Source of the DNA: Chthonomonadales bacterium
GTDB taxonomy: Bacteria; Armatimonadota; Chthonomonadetes; Chthonomonadales; CAJBBX01
Direction: 5' to 3'
Length of the DNA stretch: 64,000 nucleotides
Assembly (NCBI GenBank): GCA_049967475.1
Contig: JBMFSQ010000001.1
Span: 86,600-150,599 of the forward strand
Shown here: positions 29,760 to 40,095 of the stretch, piece by piece
Layout: every line of letters starts with the position of its first letter
How positions within the stretch are numbered: position 1 is the first letter of the stretch
Notes under the pieces: generated by a model
What the model was told of the DNA's origin: nothing
Database searches by the model: none
The model's input: the letters and a program-made list of their open reading frames with translations, nothing else
Translations under genes and position numbers: made by a program

Positions 29760-30902
29760 ATGGCTATGGCAGTAACCGAGACGCTTCATCCTCAGGATAA
29801 CCGCCGGGTGGCGCTGATCAAGAGCCTCGCCACCAATAACCGCTTCTACGCCCTTGTGCATCCGGAATCGGGCATCCGCAATGCCGACACGGTGGAGCGC
29901 ATCCCCGACGATCTGCTTTTGGGCATTGCCTATCCTTGCCTGGAAGACGGGCTCAATGACTTCGCTGTTATTCGCACCACATACGAAACCATGGACTTTT
30001 TCCCTGAGGACGACGAGATGCGCAACGAGCTCATGGGCATCGTAGAGGATGCACGGGGCAAACTCGTGCGCAGGCTCACCGAGCTGAGGGACCGTGTGCG
30101 CTCCCGAAGCGCCCACTTTTTGGGCACGGACCTGGAGGAATTCAAAGCATATGCCCTCGATATCATGGACCGGGGGTACCCGCGGCGGAACCTAGACAGC
30201 ATGATGAAGCTGAATGTTTTTGCCTCCGTGGCGGAAGCTGAGGGACACAAGAACGGGAGCGAGCCCTATTACCGCTATGAGTTCCGGCCGGAATTCGACC
30301 CTGCGGAGTTGCTGCAACTTCCCTCCCACGAATTCGTGTCCGCCATGTTCGCGGACGTCCTCAACGGCGTGCTGGACGACGCCAATTACAAGAGCCGCTA
30401 TACGTTCGACCGGAACGTGTTCCAGAAGTTCATTGCCCTCATGTTCATCAACTACGCCACTACGGATCCGGTCTTCTACGGCACCAACAAGGCAGATTAC
30501 GGCGTTTCCGAAGAAAAGGATATGGAGGACACGCCCCTGTATCGCGCCGTGGCTCGTGAGCTGCGAGCCATTGAGGCTCGGCTGCAGCGCGAGAAGCTCC
30601 TCGCCCAACCTGCTGTGGCGGGTGAGCGCGAGGCCGCCCACCGGGCCGAGGGCGAAGTTCTGGAACTTCCCGGTACCCTCGTCAATGAAGACGCCCTTCT
30701 GGGGCCCATCGCGTCTCTGTGCGCCACCGCCAAGCGGCTGTCGGCTAACAAGGATCCCGACACTGCCAAATTCGGCCGCGTAATCCTGACCGATGCCGCG
30801 CGCATCGTGCAAGAACTTAAGCGGCTTGGTCTTGTGTCGCCATTCGCATACGATCCTACTGCAGATAACGGCCCCCTGGGCGACACGCACTGCCAAAGTT
30901 GA
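29760..30902 (+). CDS. Hypothetical acidic, helix-rich protein
   Basis: Long ORF with host-like codon use; no motif recognised; start uncertain (29721-29766). Confidence 0.7.
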   Translation: MAMAVTETLHPQDNRRVALIKSLATNNRFYALVHPESGIRNADTVERIPDDLLLGIAYPCLEDGLNDFAVIRTTYETMDFFPEDDEMRNELMGIVEDARGKLVRRLTELRDRVRSRSAHFLGTDLEEFKAYALDIMDRGYPRRNLDSMMKLNVFASVAEAEGHKNGSEPYYRYEFRPEFDPAELLQLPSHEFVSAMFADVLNGVLDDANYKSRYTFDRNVFQKFIALMFINYATTDPVFYGTNKADYGVSEEKDMEDTPLYRAVARELRAIEARLQREKLLAQPAVAGEREAAHRAEGEVLELPGTLVNEDALLGPIASLCATAKRLSANKDPDTAKFGRVILTDAARIVQELKRLGLVSPFAYDPTADNGPLGDTHCQS

Positions 30903-30928
30903 CAAGACCGCCCGCCTCGGGCTAGAAT
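30899..30928 (+). promoter_or_regulatory. Near-consensus housekeeping-sigma promoter of the hopanoid cluster
   Basis: TTGACA-N18-TAGAAT; the -35 overlaps the upstream stop codon. Confidence 0.65.
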
Positions 30929-31042
30929 GGTACACGCTCTTGATGCTCGCCCAGCCTTGCTGGAGCCACACTGCCCGGGAGGATGCACCCGCCGATTGCC
31001 AAGGCATCTGCCGGGCGATGCTGGTTGCAATGGGGGAACCCT

Positions 31043-33088
31043 GTGAAACAGAAGCTGCTGGGGGAACAGAATGAACTGGGTCCCTACGCTGTGACGCGCC
31101 GGAGACCCTCGGACGTCGTCCGCGTAGACCGCCATCATGTGGAAACTGCCATCCGCCGCGCCCAGGAGTGGCTCCTTGCGCGCCAGAAAGAGGACGGTCA
31201 TTGGGTGGGCGAGCTCGAGGGAGACACCATTCTGGAGACCGAATACGTTCTCCTCCTCGAATTCCTCGGCAACCCGGATCGGCAGAAGCAGCGGAAGCTA
31301 TGCAATTACGCCGTGCGCCATTGGCAGAATGAGGACGGCGGCTTCCCGATGTATCCAGGCGGCCCGTCGGACATCAGCGCCTCGGTAAAAGTTTACTTTG
31401 CGTGCAAGCTGGCCGGCTTCTCCGCAGAGGAGGAGTTCATGGTGCGGTTGCGCCGATGCATCCTCAACCTGGGGGGTGTAACGCGCTGCAACACGTTCAC
31501 CAAGCTCTATCTGGCGATTTTCGGGCAGTATGACTGGGAAGGCGTTCCCACCATTCCTCCGGAAGCCATTCTCGCCCCGGGGTGGCTGTACCTCAACGTC
31601 TACGAAATGTCGTCTTGGTCACGGGCCATCCTCATTCCATTGGCCGTCATCAATGCCTTCCGCCCGAGCCGCCCGGTTCCGCCCGGCGCTTCCATAGACG
31701 AACTCTTTGTGGGCGGGCGCCATGGCAAACACCTCAACCTGCCGTGGGACCCGCACCCCATCACTTGGCGCAACGCGTTCCTCGTGGTGGACCGGGCCCT
31801 CAAGATCCATGACCGCAGTCCATGGAAGCCCTTCCGCAGGAGAGCCTTGGATGCTTCGGAACAGTGGCTGAAGGAACGGCAATACAAGAGCGGCGGCCTT
31901 GGCGCCATCTTTCCCGCCATGACGCACGCGGTTATGGCCTTCAAGTGTCTGGGATATGCCGACGACAGTCCCGAGGTGCAGCACGAGCTTCGGGAGTTGG
32001 CCGCCTTCGAAATCGAAGAAGGCGATGAAATCCGCATGCAGCCATGCCTCTCGCCGGTGTGGGACACGGCCATCACGCTCAATGCCCTCATGGATAGCGG
32101 TCTCCCTCCGAGCCATCCTGCAGTTGTCAAAGGGGTTCAGTGGCTTTTGAGCAAACAGACCACGCACAAAGGCGACTGGGCGGTGAAGGTGAAGGGAGTG
32201 GAACCCGGCGGCTGGTACTTCGAATACGAGAACGAGTACTATCCCGACGTGGATGACACAGTGATGGTTCTGATGGCGCTGTACAAGTATGCCTGTCCCA
32301 ACGGTGAAGAATGGAGTTCGGCGCCCTCGCCGATCCGCGAAGCCATGCGAAAGGCGCTGGCCTGGGTCTTTGCCATGCAGAACCGTAATGGCGGCTGGGC
32401 ATCCTTCGACAAAGACAACGACAAGATGATTTTGCAGTATGTGCCCTATGCGGATCACAACGCCATGCTGGACCCAGCTACTGAAGACATCACGGCACGC
32501 ACCTTGGAGATGGCGTCGTATTACGGCTACACGTTGGAAGACGCAAGGATCCGTAAAGCCATCGAATTCCTGAAGCAGCGTCAAGAGGACGACGGCTCAT
32601 GGTTCGGCAGGTGGGGCGTCAACTATCTGTACGGTACGTGGCAGGTTCTCCGCGGGCTTGCCCGGATCGGTGAGGATATCCGCAGCGCCATGTTTCAGCG
32701 AGCGGCCGCGTGGATCAAGTCGGTTCAGAATGAGGATGGCGGATGGGGCGAGACGTGCCGCTCCTACGACGAACCGTTGGCCTTTAAGGCTAAGGGACCA
32801 AGTACGGCTTCTCAAACCGCTTGGGCGCTTATGGGGCTCATCAACGCCGGTGATGTCCACAGCCCGGAGGTGCAAAGAGGGCTCGCTTACCTAGTGCGCA
32901 CCCAGCGCCCCGACGGATCATGGGATGAGCCGTGGTTCACAGGCACCGGATTTCCCCGGGTGTTCTACTTGAGGTATCATCTTTACTGCCACTACTTCCC
33001 GCTGTGGGCGATGGGGCAGTATGCAGCCGCTACATCGGATACCGCCTCCAGTTCCGCTGATGGGCGGGAATGCAGGAACAGCGAATAG
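31043..33088 (+). CDS. shc: Squalene-hopene cyclase
   Basis: YYPDVDDT catalytic motif, repeated QW motifs (QKEDGHW, QNRNGGW, QEDDGSW, QNEDGGW, QRPDGSW), FTGTGFPRVFYL; start uncertain (30983 or 31043). Confidence 0.97.
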   Translation: MKQKLLGEQNELGPYAVTRRRPSDVVRVDRHHVETAIRRAQEWLLARQKEDGHWVGELEGDTILETEYVLLLEFLGNPDRQKQRKLCNYAVRHWQNEDGGFPMYPGGPSDISASVKVYFACKLAGFSAEEEFMVRLRRCILNLGGVTRCNTFTKLYLAIFGQYDWEGVPTIPPEAILAPGWLYLNVYEMSSWSRAILIPLAVINAFRPSRPVPPGASIDELFVGGRHGKHLNLPWDPHPITWRNAFLVVDRALKIHDRSPWKPFRRRALDASEQWLKERQYKSGGLGAIFPAMTHAVMAFKCLGYADDSPEVQHELRELAAFEIEEGDEIRMQPCLSPVWDTAITLNALMDSGLPPSHPAVVKGVQWLLSKQTTHKGDWAVKVKGVEPGGWYFEYENEYYPDVDDTVMVLMALYKYACPNGEEWSSAPSPIREAMRKALAWVFAMQNRNGGWASFDKDNDKMILQYVPYADHNAMLDPATEDITARTLEMASYYGYTLEDARIRKAIEFLKQRQEDDGSWFGRWGVNYLYGTWQVLRGLARIGEDIRSAMFQRAAAWIKSVQNEDGGWGETCRSYDEPLAFKAKGPSTASQTAWALMGLINAGDVHSPEVQRGLAYLVRTQRPDGSWDEPWFTGTGFPRVFYLRYHLYCHYFPLWAMGQYAAATSDTASSSADGRECRNSE

Positions 33089-33151
33089 GGGGCGCGCAGG
33101 TTCACTCCTGCATCCGCCCGCCGCATTCACCAGGAGAGCGAGGATCCAACT

Positions 33152-34153
33152 ATGCGTTTCCCGATGGGCTTCACCCTGGCGCAGACCAGGCATCGTGCCC
33201 GGATGCAGCGTCTGGGCCGTCGCCGGTATCCCAGCGTCCTCATGCTCGAACCCCTCTACACGTGCAACCTCGCATGCATGGGGTGCGCCGTGGAGCGACA
33301 CACCGGCAAACTCTCGGACCGTCTTTCCCTGGAAGAGTGCTTCAAAGCTGTGGATGACTGCGGTGCACCCATCATCAATCTGTGCGGCGGCGAGCCTACG
33401 CTCTATCCTGAATTGCCGCAACTGGTGGAGGGCCTCATCCAACGCGGCAAGTACGTGCTCTGCTGTTCGAACGCTTTGAAGCTGGATGTTAAGGTTTTCA
33501 ACGTGATCCCGCCCCATCCCCAGTTCTTCCTTATGATCCACTTGGATGGGATGCGCGAAACGCACGACATGGTGTGCCGACGCGAGGGCGTATTCGACAA
33601 GGCTGTGGAAATGATCAAGCAGGGAAAGAAGCTCGGCTATATCATGATGATCAATACCACCGTCTACAAGGAGACGGACGTGGCCGAGATCGAAGAACTC
33701 TGCCGCCTGTCTGAGGAACTCCACACGGACGGCATCCTCATCTCGCCGGGATACGAGTATGAGAGCGTGGAAGAAGATGTGTTCCTCACACGCGAGCAGA
33801 TGCACGCCAAGTTTCAGCAGATCCTCGGCTTTGCCGACCGGTACAAGATCAGCTCCACGCCCTACTTCCTGGAGTTTGCTGCAGGAATGCGCGAACTGCC
33901 CTGCGCTCCCTGGTCTACGGTCAATTATACGCCCAACGGCTGGAAGGCCCCGTGCTACCTCGTGGGAGAGAAGTACACCAAGGATTGGAACGAGTTTTGG
34001 GAGAAGACGGACTGGGAGTATTGGGAGAGCCGCAAAGATCCCAAATGCGCTAATTGCAAGATGCACAGCGGCTTCGAGCATAGTGCTGTAGAAGAAGCGA
34101 TGAAGACGTGGAAGGGCCGCCTCCAGCTTGCAGCGTGGTCGTTCTCCAAGTAG
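33152..34153 (+). CDS. hpnH: Adenosylhopane-forming radical SAM enzyme
   Basis: VLMLEPLYTCNLACMGC, C-terminal PCYL...DPKCANCKMHSGFE; follows shc. Confidence 0.9.
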   Translation: MRFPMGFTLAQTRHRARMQRLGRRRYPSVLMLEPLYTCNLACMGCAVERHTGKLSDRLSLEECFKAVDDCGAPIINLCGGEPTLYPELPQLVEGLIQRGKYVLCCSNALKLDVKVFNVIPPHPQFFLMIHLDGMRETHDMVCRREGVFDKAVEMIKQGKKLGYIMMINTTVYKETDVAEIEELCRLSEELHTDGILISPGYEYESVEEDVFLTREQMHAKFQQILGFADRYKISSTPYFLEFAAGMRELPCAPWSTVNYTPNGWKAPCYLVGEKYTKDWNEFWEKTDWEYWESRKDPKCANCKMHSGFEHSAVEEAMKTWKGRLQLAAWSFSK

Positions 34154-34265
34154 CTCAGTCGGCGCAGATGCCACAGCCATGCGGCAGGAGCGGCCGGCAA
34201 AATAGTTCCGCCGCATGCTTAGGCGCACGAACCCGCTTCGTGCCGGCCGTAGTTGACGCAAGGCG

Positions 34266-35255
34266 ATGACCGTACTCATTACCGGCGCAGGCGGCTTCGT
34301 GGGCGGGCACGTGGTCCGCAGCTTTCTAGAGCACGGATATTCCGTCCGCGCATTTGTACGTCCCTCCAGCCGAACAGACCACCTTACCGCCCTGGATGTG
34401 CCTCTCGTCTACGGGGACTTGCGGGATCCCTCTTCGCTTTCTTCGGCGCTGTGCGGGTGCAGCGTGCTGGTACATGTTGCCGCTGACTACCGCCTTTGGG
34501 CGCGCCGTCCGTCTGAGCTGTATTCGAGTAACGTGGACGGAACGCGCTCCCTTCTCCGGGCAGCCCTCGAAGCCGGCGTCGAGCGTGTGGTGTACACAAG
34601 TACTGTAGGAACTCTGGGCATTCCAAAGGACGGCAAACCTGGGACTGAGGATACCCCTGTGTCCCTCAAGGACATGGTTGGGCATTACAAGCGCAGCAAA
34701 TTCCTTGCCGAAGAGGAGGTCCGGCGTTTTTACGCTGAGCACCGTTTGCCCATTGTGATCGTGAACCCCAGTACGCCCGTGGGAGAGGAGGATGCCAAAC
34801 CGTCTCCTACGGGAAAGATGATCGTGGACTTTCTCCGTGGGCGCATGGTGGCGTATATTGACACCGGATTGAACCTGGTAGACGTGCGGGATGTGTCGGA
34901 AGGGCACGTGCTTGCTCTGGAGCGCGGCATCCCGGGTCAGCGATACATCTTAGGCAACCGGAACCTTACGTTACGTGGTATATTCCATATGTTGGCGGCT
35001 GTAACGGGTCTCCCGGCACCAAAGGTTCGGCTTCCCTACTGGGTGGCGTACGCAGCGGGATGGGTGGACACGTTGGTCGAAGGAGGGCTGCTGGGGCACG
35101 AACCTTCCATTCCTTTGGAGGGGGTCCGGATGGCCCGGAAGCGGATGTTCTTCGATGCATCCCGCGCCGTTCGGGAACTCGGGTTGCCTCAGTCGCCGGT
35201 TGAGGAGGCATTGGCGCGCGCGGTGTCCTGGTTCCGCAGTCGCGGGTATGCGTAG
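34266..35255 (+). CDS. hpnA: Hopanoid-associated NAD-dependent epimerase/dehydratase
   Basis: TGAGGFVG, HVAADYRLW, GHYKRSKFLAE, VNPSTPVG. Confidence 0.9.
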   Translation: MTVLITGAGGFVGGHVVRSFLEHGYSVRAFVRPSSRTDHLTALDVPLVYGDLRDPSSLSSALCGCSVLVHVAADYRLWARRPSELYSSNVDGTRSLLRAALEAGVERVVYTSTVGTLGIPKDGKPGTEDTPVSLKDMVGHYKRSKFLAEEEVRRFYAEHRLPIVIVNPSTPVGEEDAKPSPTGKMIVDFLRGRMVAYIDTGLNLVDVRDVSEGHVLALERGIPGQRYILGNRNLTLRGIFHMLAAVTGLPAPKVRLPYWVAYAAGWVDTLVEGGLLGHEPSIPLEGVRMARKRMFFDASRAVRELGLPQSPVEEALARAVSWFRSRGYA

Positions 35256-35263
35256 CGGGACCT

Positions 35264-36211
35264 TTGGCGGATAGGTGGAGGTGGATCGTGGAAGTGTCCA
35301 CGCGGCGGAAGGTGATCATGGCCCGAGAGGTGGGCTTCTGCTTCGGGGTGAAGCGGGCCATCAACCTCACTCGGCAGGCTCTAGCAGAACGTCCCAAGGT
35401 GTTTATTCTCGGCGACCTGGTCCATAACAAGCGCGTAACCGACGAGCTGGAGTCAAAAGGGCTCAAGAAGGTTGAGGATCTGGACTGGCCTTCCACAGGG
35501 ACAATGGTGGTACGTGCCCACGGATTGCCCAGGGCGAAGCTGAGCGAAGCCCGCAGCCGCGGCGTTGATATCGTGGATGCTACGTGCCCCATCGTGTTGC
35601 GCGCTCAAGAAGCAGCCCAATCCCTCGAAGCGCGTGGATGCCAAGTGGTGATCATCGGCGATAGGAACCATGCCGAGATCAAAGGGATCTTGGGCGCCCT
35701 GAAGAACCCGGCCCTCGTGATTGACAGCGTCCAGGAACTGCGGGAAGCCAAGGCTCAGCACCGCCTGTTGCGCAAGGTGGGTGTGATCTTTCAGACTACA
35801 CATGCTTTGGAGCTGTGCCGAGAGGTCCTCAACGAACTCATCTTCATGTGCAAAGAGGTTCAGGTCATCAATACGATTTGCCGGCCTGTGCAGAACCGGC
35901 AGGACGAAGCCATAGATCTTGCCGCGCGGGTAGATTTGATGATCGTGGTGGGCAGCCGCACCAGCGCGAACACCGTGGAGCTGGCCGCACTCTGCCGCTA
36001 TCACAATCCCTATACGCTGCAGATACAAAACGCCGATGAACTCGCCGTGGAAGATTTCGCGTGGGCGGAAACGGTGGGAATTGCCTCCGGGCTCTCTACG
36101 CCGGAGGATCTTGTGGAGGCTGTGCGCCACAAGGTAGCCTCCTATGAGGGTCCGGTAGAGCCTCATCGCAAGCCCGCTCCAGAACGCTACTTCGTTGCCT
36201 CCCATTCTTGA
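35264..36211 (+). CDS. ispH: 4-hydroxy-3-methylbut-2-enyl diphosphate reductase
   Basis: GFCFGVKRA, LVHN, RAHG, DATCP, NTIC, SANT; true start probably slightly downstream. Confidence 0.93.
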   Translation: MADRWRWIVEVSTRRKVIMAREVGFCFGVKRAINLTRQALAERPKVFILGDLVHNKRVTDELESKGLKKVEDLDWPSTGTMVVRAHGLPRAKLSEARSRGVDIVDATCPIVLRAQEAAQSLEARGCQVVIIGDRNHAEIKGILGALKNPALVIDSVQELREAKAQHRLLRKVGVIFQTTHALELCREVLNELIFMCKEVQVINTICRPVQNRQDEAIDLAARVDLMIVVGSRTSANTVELAALCRYHNPYTLQIQNADELAVEDFAWAETVGIASGLSTPEDLVEAVRHKVASYEGPVEPHRKPAPERYFVASHS

Positions 36212-37025
36212 ACCGGTCTGCATCCTCACCGCGGTACGGGAGGAACTGCGTCCCGTATGCAGAAGGATGCGGGACGTTCAGTGGGATGCCATTTCAGCGC
36301 CGAACCCCGACGCCGCCTCCCGGCAGCCTCCTTTGCGTTGTTGTGTAGGGACACTGGCCGGTGTCGCAGCGGTTGCAACGCGGACTGGCATGGGAGTGCG
36401 TCGTGCAGGCCAGGCAGCCCAGCACCTCATCCGGTGGTGTCAGCCGCGGTATCTGATTGTGGCGGGATTTGCCTCGGGGCTTCGCAGCGGTCTTGCTCCG
36501 GGTACTGTCGTCATAGCGAGCGAAGTTTTGTGGTCGCCTGGAGGCCGGGAAGGGGAGCAGGCGGGTCGCCATGGGCTTTTGGAGCGGGCCCAGCCGCATC
36601 CTATTCTTTTGGATGCAGCCCAGCGGATCTTGGCGGCCCACCCGGTAGAAGTGGGCGGGCTGCTCACGCTGGATTACCTTTTGCTGGATCCTTCGGCGAA
36701 GGCCACAGCCGCCCGCCTCGCTCCTTCGGCAATCGCCGCAGATATGGAGACCGCCGGAGGGGTGGTTGCCGCATTGGAAGCCGGCATCCCGTGGATCGCG
36801 CTCCGGTGCATCACGGATGGTGCCTCGGACCGGTTGCCGCTGCGCTTCGACCGGTATCTTGGTGCGGACGGCGAAGTCGCCCCCGCCAAGCTGCTTGGAG
36901 CCGTTCTGCGCGAACCCTCCAGTGTCCCAGGTCTGGTACGTTTGGGGGCGAGGTCCCTGCGCGCCGCAGGGAAACTGGCGGCCTTCGTCGAAGCATTCCT
37001 TCAGACTTTGCGCGGCAGGGAATAG
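36195..37025 (+). CDS. hpnG: Nucleoside phosphorylase/nucleosidase, HpnG-like
   Basis: TGMG, IVAGFASGL, ADMET, LRCITDGASDRLP; position in the hopanoid cluster. Confidence 0.75.
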   Translation: MPPILEPVCILTAVREELRPVCRRMRDVQWDAISAPNPDAASRQPPLRCCVGTLAGVAAVATRTGMGVRRAGQAAQHLIRWCQPRYLIVAGFASGLRSGLAPGTVVIASEVLWSPGGREGEQAGRHGLLERAQPHPILLDAAQRILAAHPVEVGGLLTLDYLLLDPSAKATAARLAPSAIAADMETAGGVVAALEAGIPWIALRCITDGASDRLPLRFDRYLGADGEVAPAKLLGAVLREPSSVPGLVRLGARSLRAAGKLAAFVEAFLQTLRGRE

Positions 37026-37141
37026 GCGTACAGCGCGGTTTGCACGGTGCGGACCAGGCCCGCTTTGCGATTGTTGGGGTAAGAAACAACACGCAGCGGG
37101 CGGTTGACCATCCTTCTCGCGCAGGACGCACGGCGGAAGCC

Positions 37142-38488
37142 ATGTTAGGAAACCCTCTGGTCGTTGCGTTCTTGCACTTTTGCGCACCCATTTGGATGCC
37201 GCCCCAGGCGCGGCTTACGGTGGAGGATGCGGTGCGCATCGCCTTGGTGCAGAGCCCTAAGCTCAAGGCAGCCCGCATGGAACTGGAGGCTCAGCAGAGC
37301 CAGGCAGACCGCGAACGCCCTGTTGCCCGGCCTACCGTGTCCGCTCGGGCCGAAGGCACGCTGCAGGGCCCGCGCGTTACCTTTCCCCGGGCGGGGAGCG
37401 GAGATGTGACCGTGCTTCCCGAGCGGTATGGTCAGGTGGCGCTTTCTGTGGAGCAGCCGCTCTTTAGAGCCGGGATACGCGCGGCGGGGATGCGCTTCGC
37501 CGCGCAGACCCAAGCGAACCTTTTGGAACTGCGCCGGCAGGAGAACGACCTGGCGCTGGAAGTGCGCAAGGCGTTCTACGCCGTGCAAACAGCGGAGGCC
37601 ATGAGCGACACGGCTCGCAGCGGCGCGGACTTGGCCAGGAAGCACTTGGAACTTACCCGCGTGATGCTTCAGGCAGGAACGGCTTCGGAGCGTGATGTGA
37701 AAGCTTCGGAGGCGGACGTTGCCCAAGCTGAGCAAGGGGTTTATGAGGCGGAGGCGGGTGTGCTTCTGGCGCGAGCCAACCTGAACCGCCTTTTGGGGCG
37801 AGATCCCGCTACTCCAATAGAATTGGTGCCGGCGGGGATGCCGGCGCATATCCCGGCATCTGCCGGGCCCGGTATTGAGCAGGCGCTCAAGCAGCGGCCG
37901 GAGCTTCTTCTTTTAGAAGAGGAATTGAAGGCTGCCAAGGCAGGCGCTGTGCTTGCGGCATCGCAGGACAAACCCGGCATCTCGATGCGTGCGGTGGCGC
38001 AAACCCAAACGCCATCGGCATTTGTTCGCTCGAGCTACTTTGCCGCCGGATTGGTTCTGAATTGGACGCCCTTCGATGGAGGCAAAACTCGGGCCGATGT
38101 GCGTGAAGCGCGTGCGCGGGCAGCGCAGCTCGAGGCCCTTTTGGAAGACGCGAAATTGGGCATCCGCGTGGATGTGGAGAAGGCAGTGGCCGACGCTCAG
38201 GAAGCACTTCACAGCATCGAGGCGGCAGATCGCCAGATTGCCGCAGCCCAAGCAGCGGCAGACGTGTCGGAACTTCGGTATCAGGCGCGGTCCGCTACCC
38301 AGATTGAGGTGTCTGCGGCGATCTTCAATGTAACAAAGGCGCGTTCCAACCGGGTGCAGGCCCTCGGCAACCTGCTGACGGCGCTGGCGGAATACGATCA
38401 TGCCGTCGGTGCGGAGGTGGCCCCATCGGCGGAAGCTCGAGGCACACCCGCTCACCGCGGAGAAGGCGCTTTGGGGGCCGGTAAATAG
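37142..38488 (+). CDS. TolC-family outer-membrane efflux protein
   Basis: LTVEDAVRIAL..SP, EQPLF, VRKAFY, LNWTPFDGG, ELRYQA; start reassigned to ATG 37142. Confidence 0.88.
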   Translation: MLGNPLVVAFLHFCAPIWMPPQARLTVEDAVRIALVQSPKLKAARMELEAQQSQADRERPVARPTVSARAEGTLQGPRVTFPRAGSGDVTVLPERYGQVALSVEQPLFRAGIRAAGMRFAAQTQANLLELRRQENDLALEVRKAFYAVQTAEAMSDTARSGADLARKHLELTRVMLQAGTASERDVKASEADVAQAEQGVYEAEAGVLLARANLNRLLGRDPATPIELVPAGMPAHIPASAGPGIEQALKQRPELLLLEEELKAAKAGAVLAASQDKPGISMRAVAQTQTPSAFVRSSYFAAGLVLNWTPFDGGKTRADVREARARAAQLEALLEDAKLGIRVDVEKAVADAQEALHSIEAADRQIAAAQAAADVSELRYQARSATQIEVSAAIFNVTKARSNRVQALGNLLTALAEYDHAVGAEVAPSAEARGTPAHRGEGALGAGK

Positions 38489-38510
38489 CCTTGGATCGAG
38501 AGATGACGCG

Positions 38511-40043
38511 TTGAAGCGGTTTGTGCATAGCATCCTTTTGCTGGCGGTGTTGGGAGCGGCGTTAGCGTACTTCCTGCGTGCCCAGCAGCCCCAGCGGCAT
38601 CCTGCTCCGTTGTTACCCCAGGGTCACGCGAACGATGCCATCCCCGTGACCGTTGCCACGGCGCGGCACCGCGCGCTTCAACGGACCCTCACCGTAATAG
38701 GGGTGGTACGTCCCGATCATCAATCCTCCATCACGGCGAAAGTGCCCAGCCGCGTTGCTGCAGTTTATGTGCATGGCGGGGAATTCGTTCGTGCGGGAGA
38801 TATGCTGGCACGCCTGGATATTGGGGACGCCGCTGCGCAGATCGAGGCGGCCCAAGCCGGTGTTGATGCTGCAGAAGCGCAGTACCGGAAGGCCGTGGAA
38901 GGGAAGACTGCCCGCTTGGTAGAAGTGGACGCCAGCATCGCCGGGGCCCTGGCAGGATTGCGGACCGCGCTTGCCAAAGAGCATCAGGCAGAACTGGGTG
39001 TGACGCTCACATCGGATGCCGCAGCGTCGGATGCGGAGAGGGCGGCGGCAGGCGTAAAGCAAGCGCAGGCAGGCCTCAGCCAGGCGGAAGTGGGGTTGCA
39101 GCAAGCCCAGGATTTGGTGCGGCGGTTGCGCTTCTTGTATGCCCACGGAGGCGTAGCTCGAGCCGATTTGGAGGGCGCCGAAGCTCAGGCTGAGATTGCC
39201 CGAGCCCAGCGGGATGCAGCCGCGGCGGCCCTTCAGCAAGCGAGAGCGGCAGAACCCCCCGCCTCCAAAGCTGTGAACCTTCGCCGGGAGGTGAGTGAGG
39301 GGGATGTCGCCGCGGCGAAGGCCGGCGTGGAGCAGGCGCGCAAGGGGCTTCGCGCGGCCTATGCCGCGAAATCGGCCGCACTTAGGCTAGCAGATCAAGA
39401 CATCCGCGCGGCCCGCGCCGCCTTGCTGCAAGCGAAGGCGCAACTCGCCCAGGCCAAAGCTCAGGTGGGCGGTTCCGTGCTCCGCAGCCCCATAACGGGT
39501 GTGGTAACCGACCTGTCTGCCCATGCTGGGGACATGGCGCAGCCCGGGATGCCCCTCATGACCGTTGTGGCAGCGTCGCCGGTACACGTGGAGGCGGAGG
39601 TTCCTGCGCGATACGCATCTCGCCTCAAGCCGGGGCTCTCCGCCCGTGTCAACCTCGAGGGCCGGCTCGATGCCCCGCTGGCCGCCGTGCTCACCCAGGT
39701 GCTGCCCATCGCCTCCCCCGACGGCCGCACGGTGCCGATCCGCTTGGAGTTCACCTCAAGTGCCCATGCATCGCCGGGGCTCATGGCCAAGATCGTGATT
39801 GACCTGCCGGTGGATCAACGTGCTGTTTCGATCCCAATGGATGCCTTGAGGACTGAGGGAGACACGTACTATGTGTACATCGTGGAAGGATCCCACTGTG
39901 CGCGGCGCAACGTAGACGTAGCAGTTGTGGAGGGGCAGTACGCGCAGATCTCGGGCGGGCTCCAGAGCGGCGACCGCGTAATCGTGACCTCCGAGGCTTC
40001 GATCGAGCCCGGCATGCCCGTTAAGGTAGTGGGTCGCCGATGA
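38511..40043 (+). CDS. RND periplasmic adaptor (MFP) with very long helical hairpin
   Basis: N-terminal TM, lipoyl halves (ITAKVPSRV..GEFVRAGD / LRSPITGVV), long Ala/Gln coiled coil, SGGLQSGDRVIV. Confidence 0.88.
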   Translation: MKRFVHSILLLAVLGAALAYFLRAQQPQRHPAPLLPQGHANDAIPVTVATARHRALQRTLTVIGVVRPDHQSSITAKVPSRVAAVYVHGGEFVRAGDMLARLDIGDAAAQIEAAQAGVDAAEAQYRKAVEGKTARLVEVDASIAGALAGLRTALAKEHQAELGVTLTSDAAASDAERAAAGVKQAQAGLSQAEVGLQQAQDLVRRLRFLYAHGGVARADLEGAEAQAEIARAQRDAAAAALQQARAAEPPASKAVNLRREVSEGDVAAAKAGVEQARKGLRAAYAAKSAALRLADQDIRAARAALLQAKAQLAQAKAQVGGSVLRSPITGVVTDLSAHAGDMAQPGMPLMTVVAASPVHVEAEVPARYASRLKPGLSARVNLEGRLDAPLAAVLTQVLPIASPDGRTVPIRLEFTSSAHASPGLMAKIVIDLPVDQRAVSIPMDALRTEGDTYYVYIVEGSHCARRNVDVAVVEGQYAQISGGLQSGDRVIVTSEASIEPGMPVKVVGRR

Positions 40044-40095
40044 TGCTGCGCCCGATGGAGCCTGCTACCCCGATTTCTCAGAGGTAAGCAGCACC

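Noticed and set aside
36257..37141. Long N-terminal extension of the TolC ORF (743 aa)
   Set aside because: It overlaps the hpnG-like gene in another frame and is low-complexity; TolC features start near 37142.
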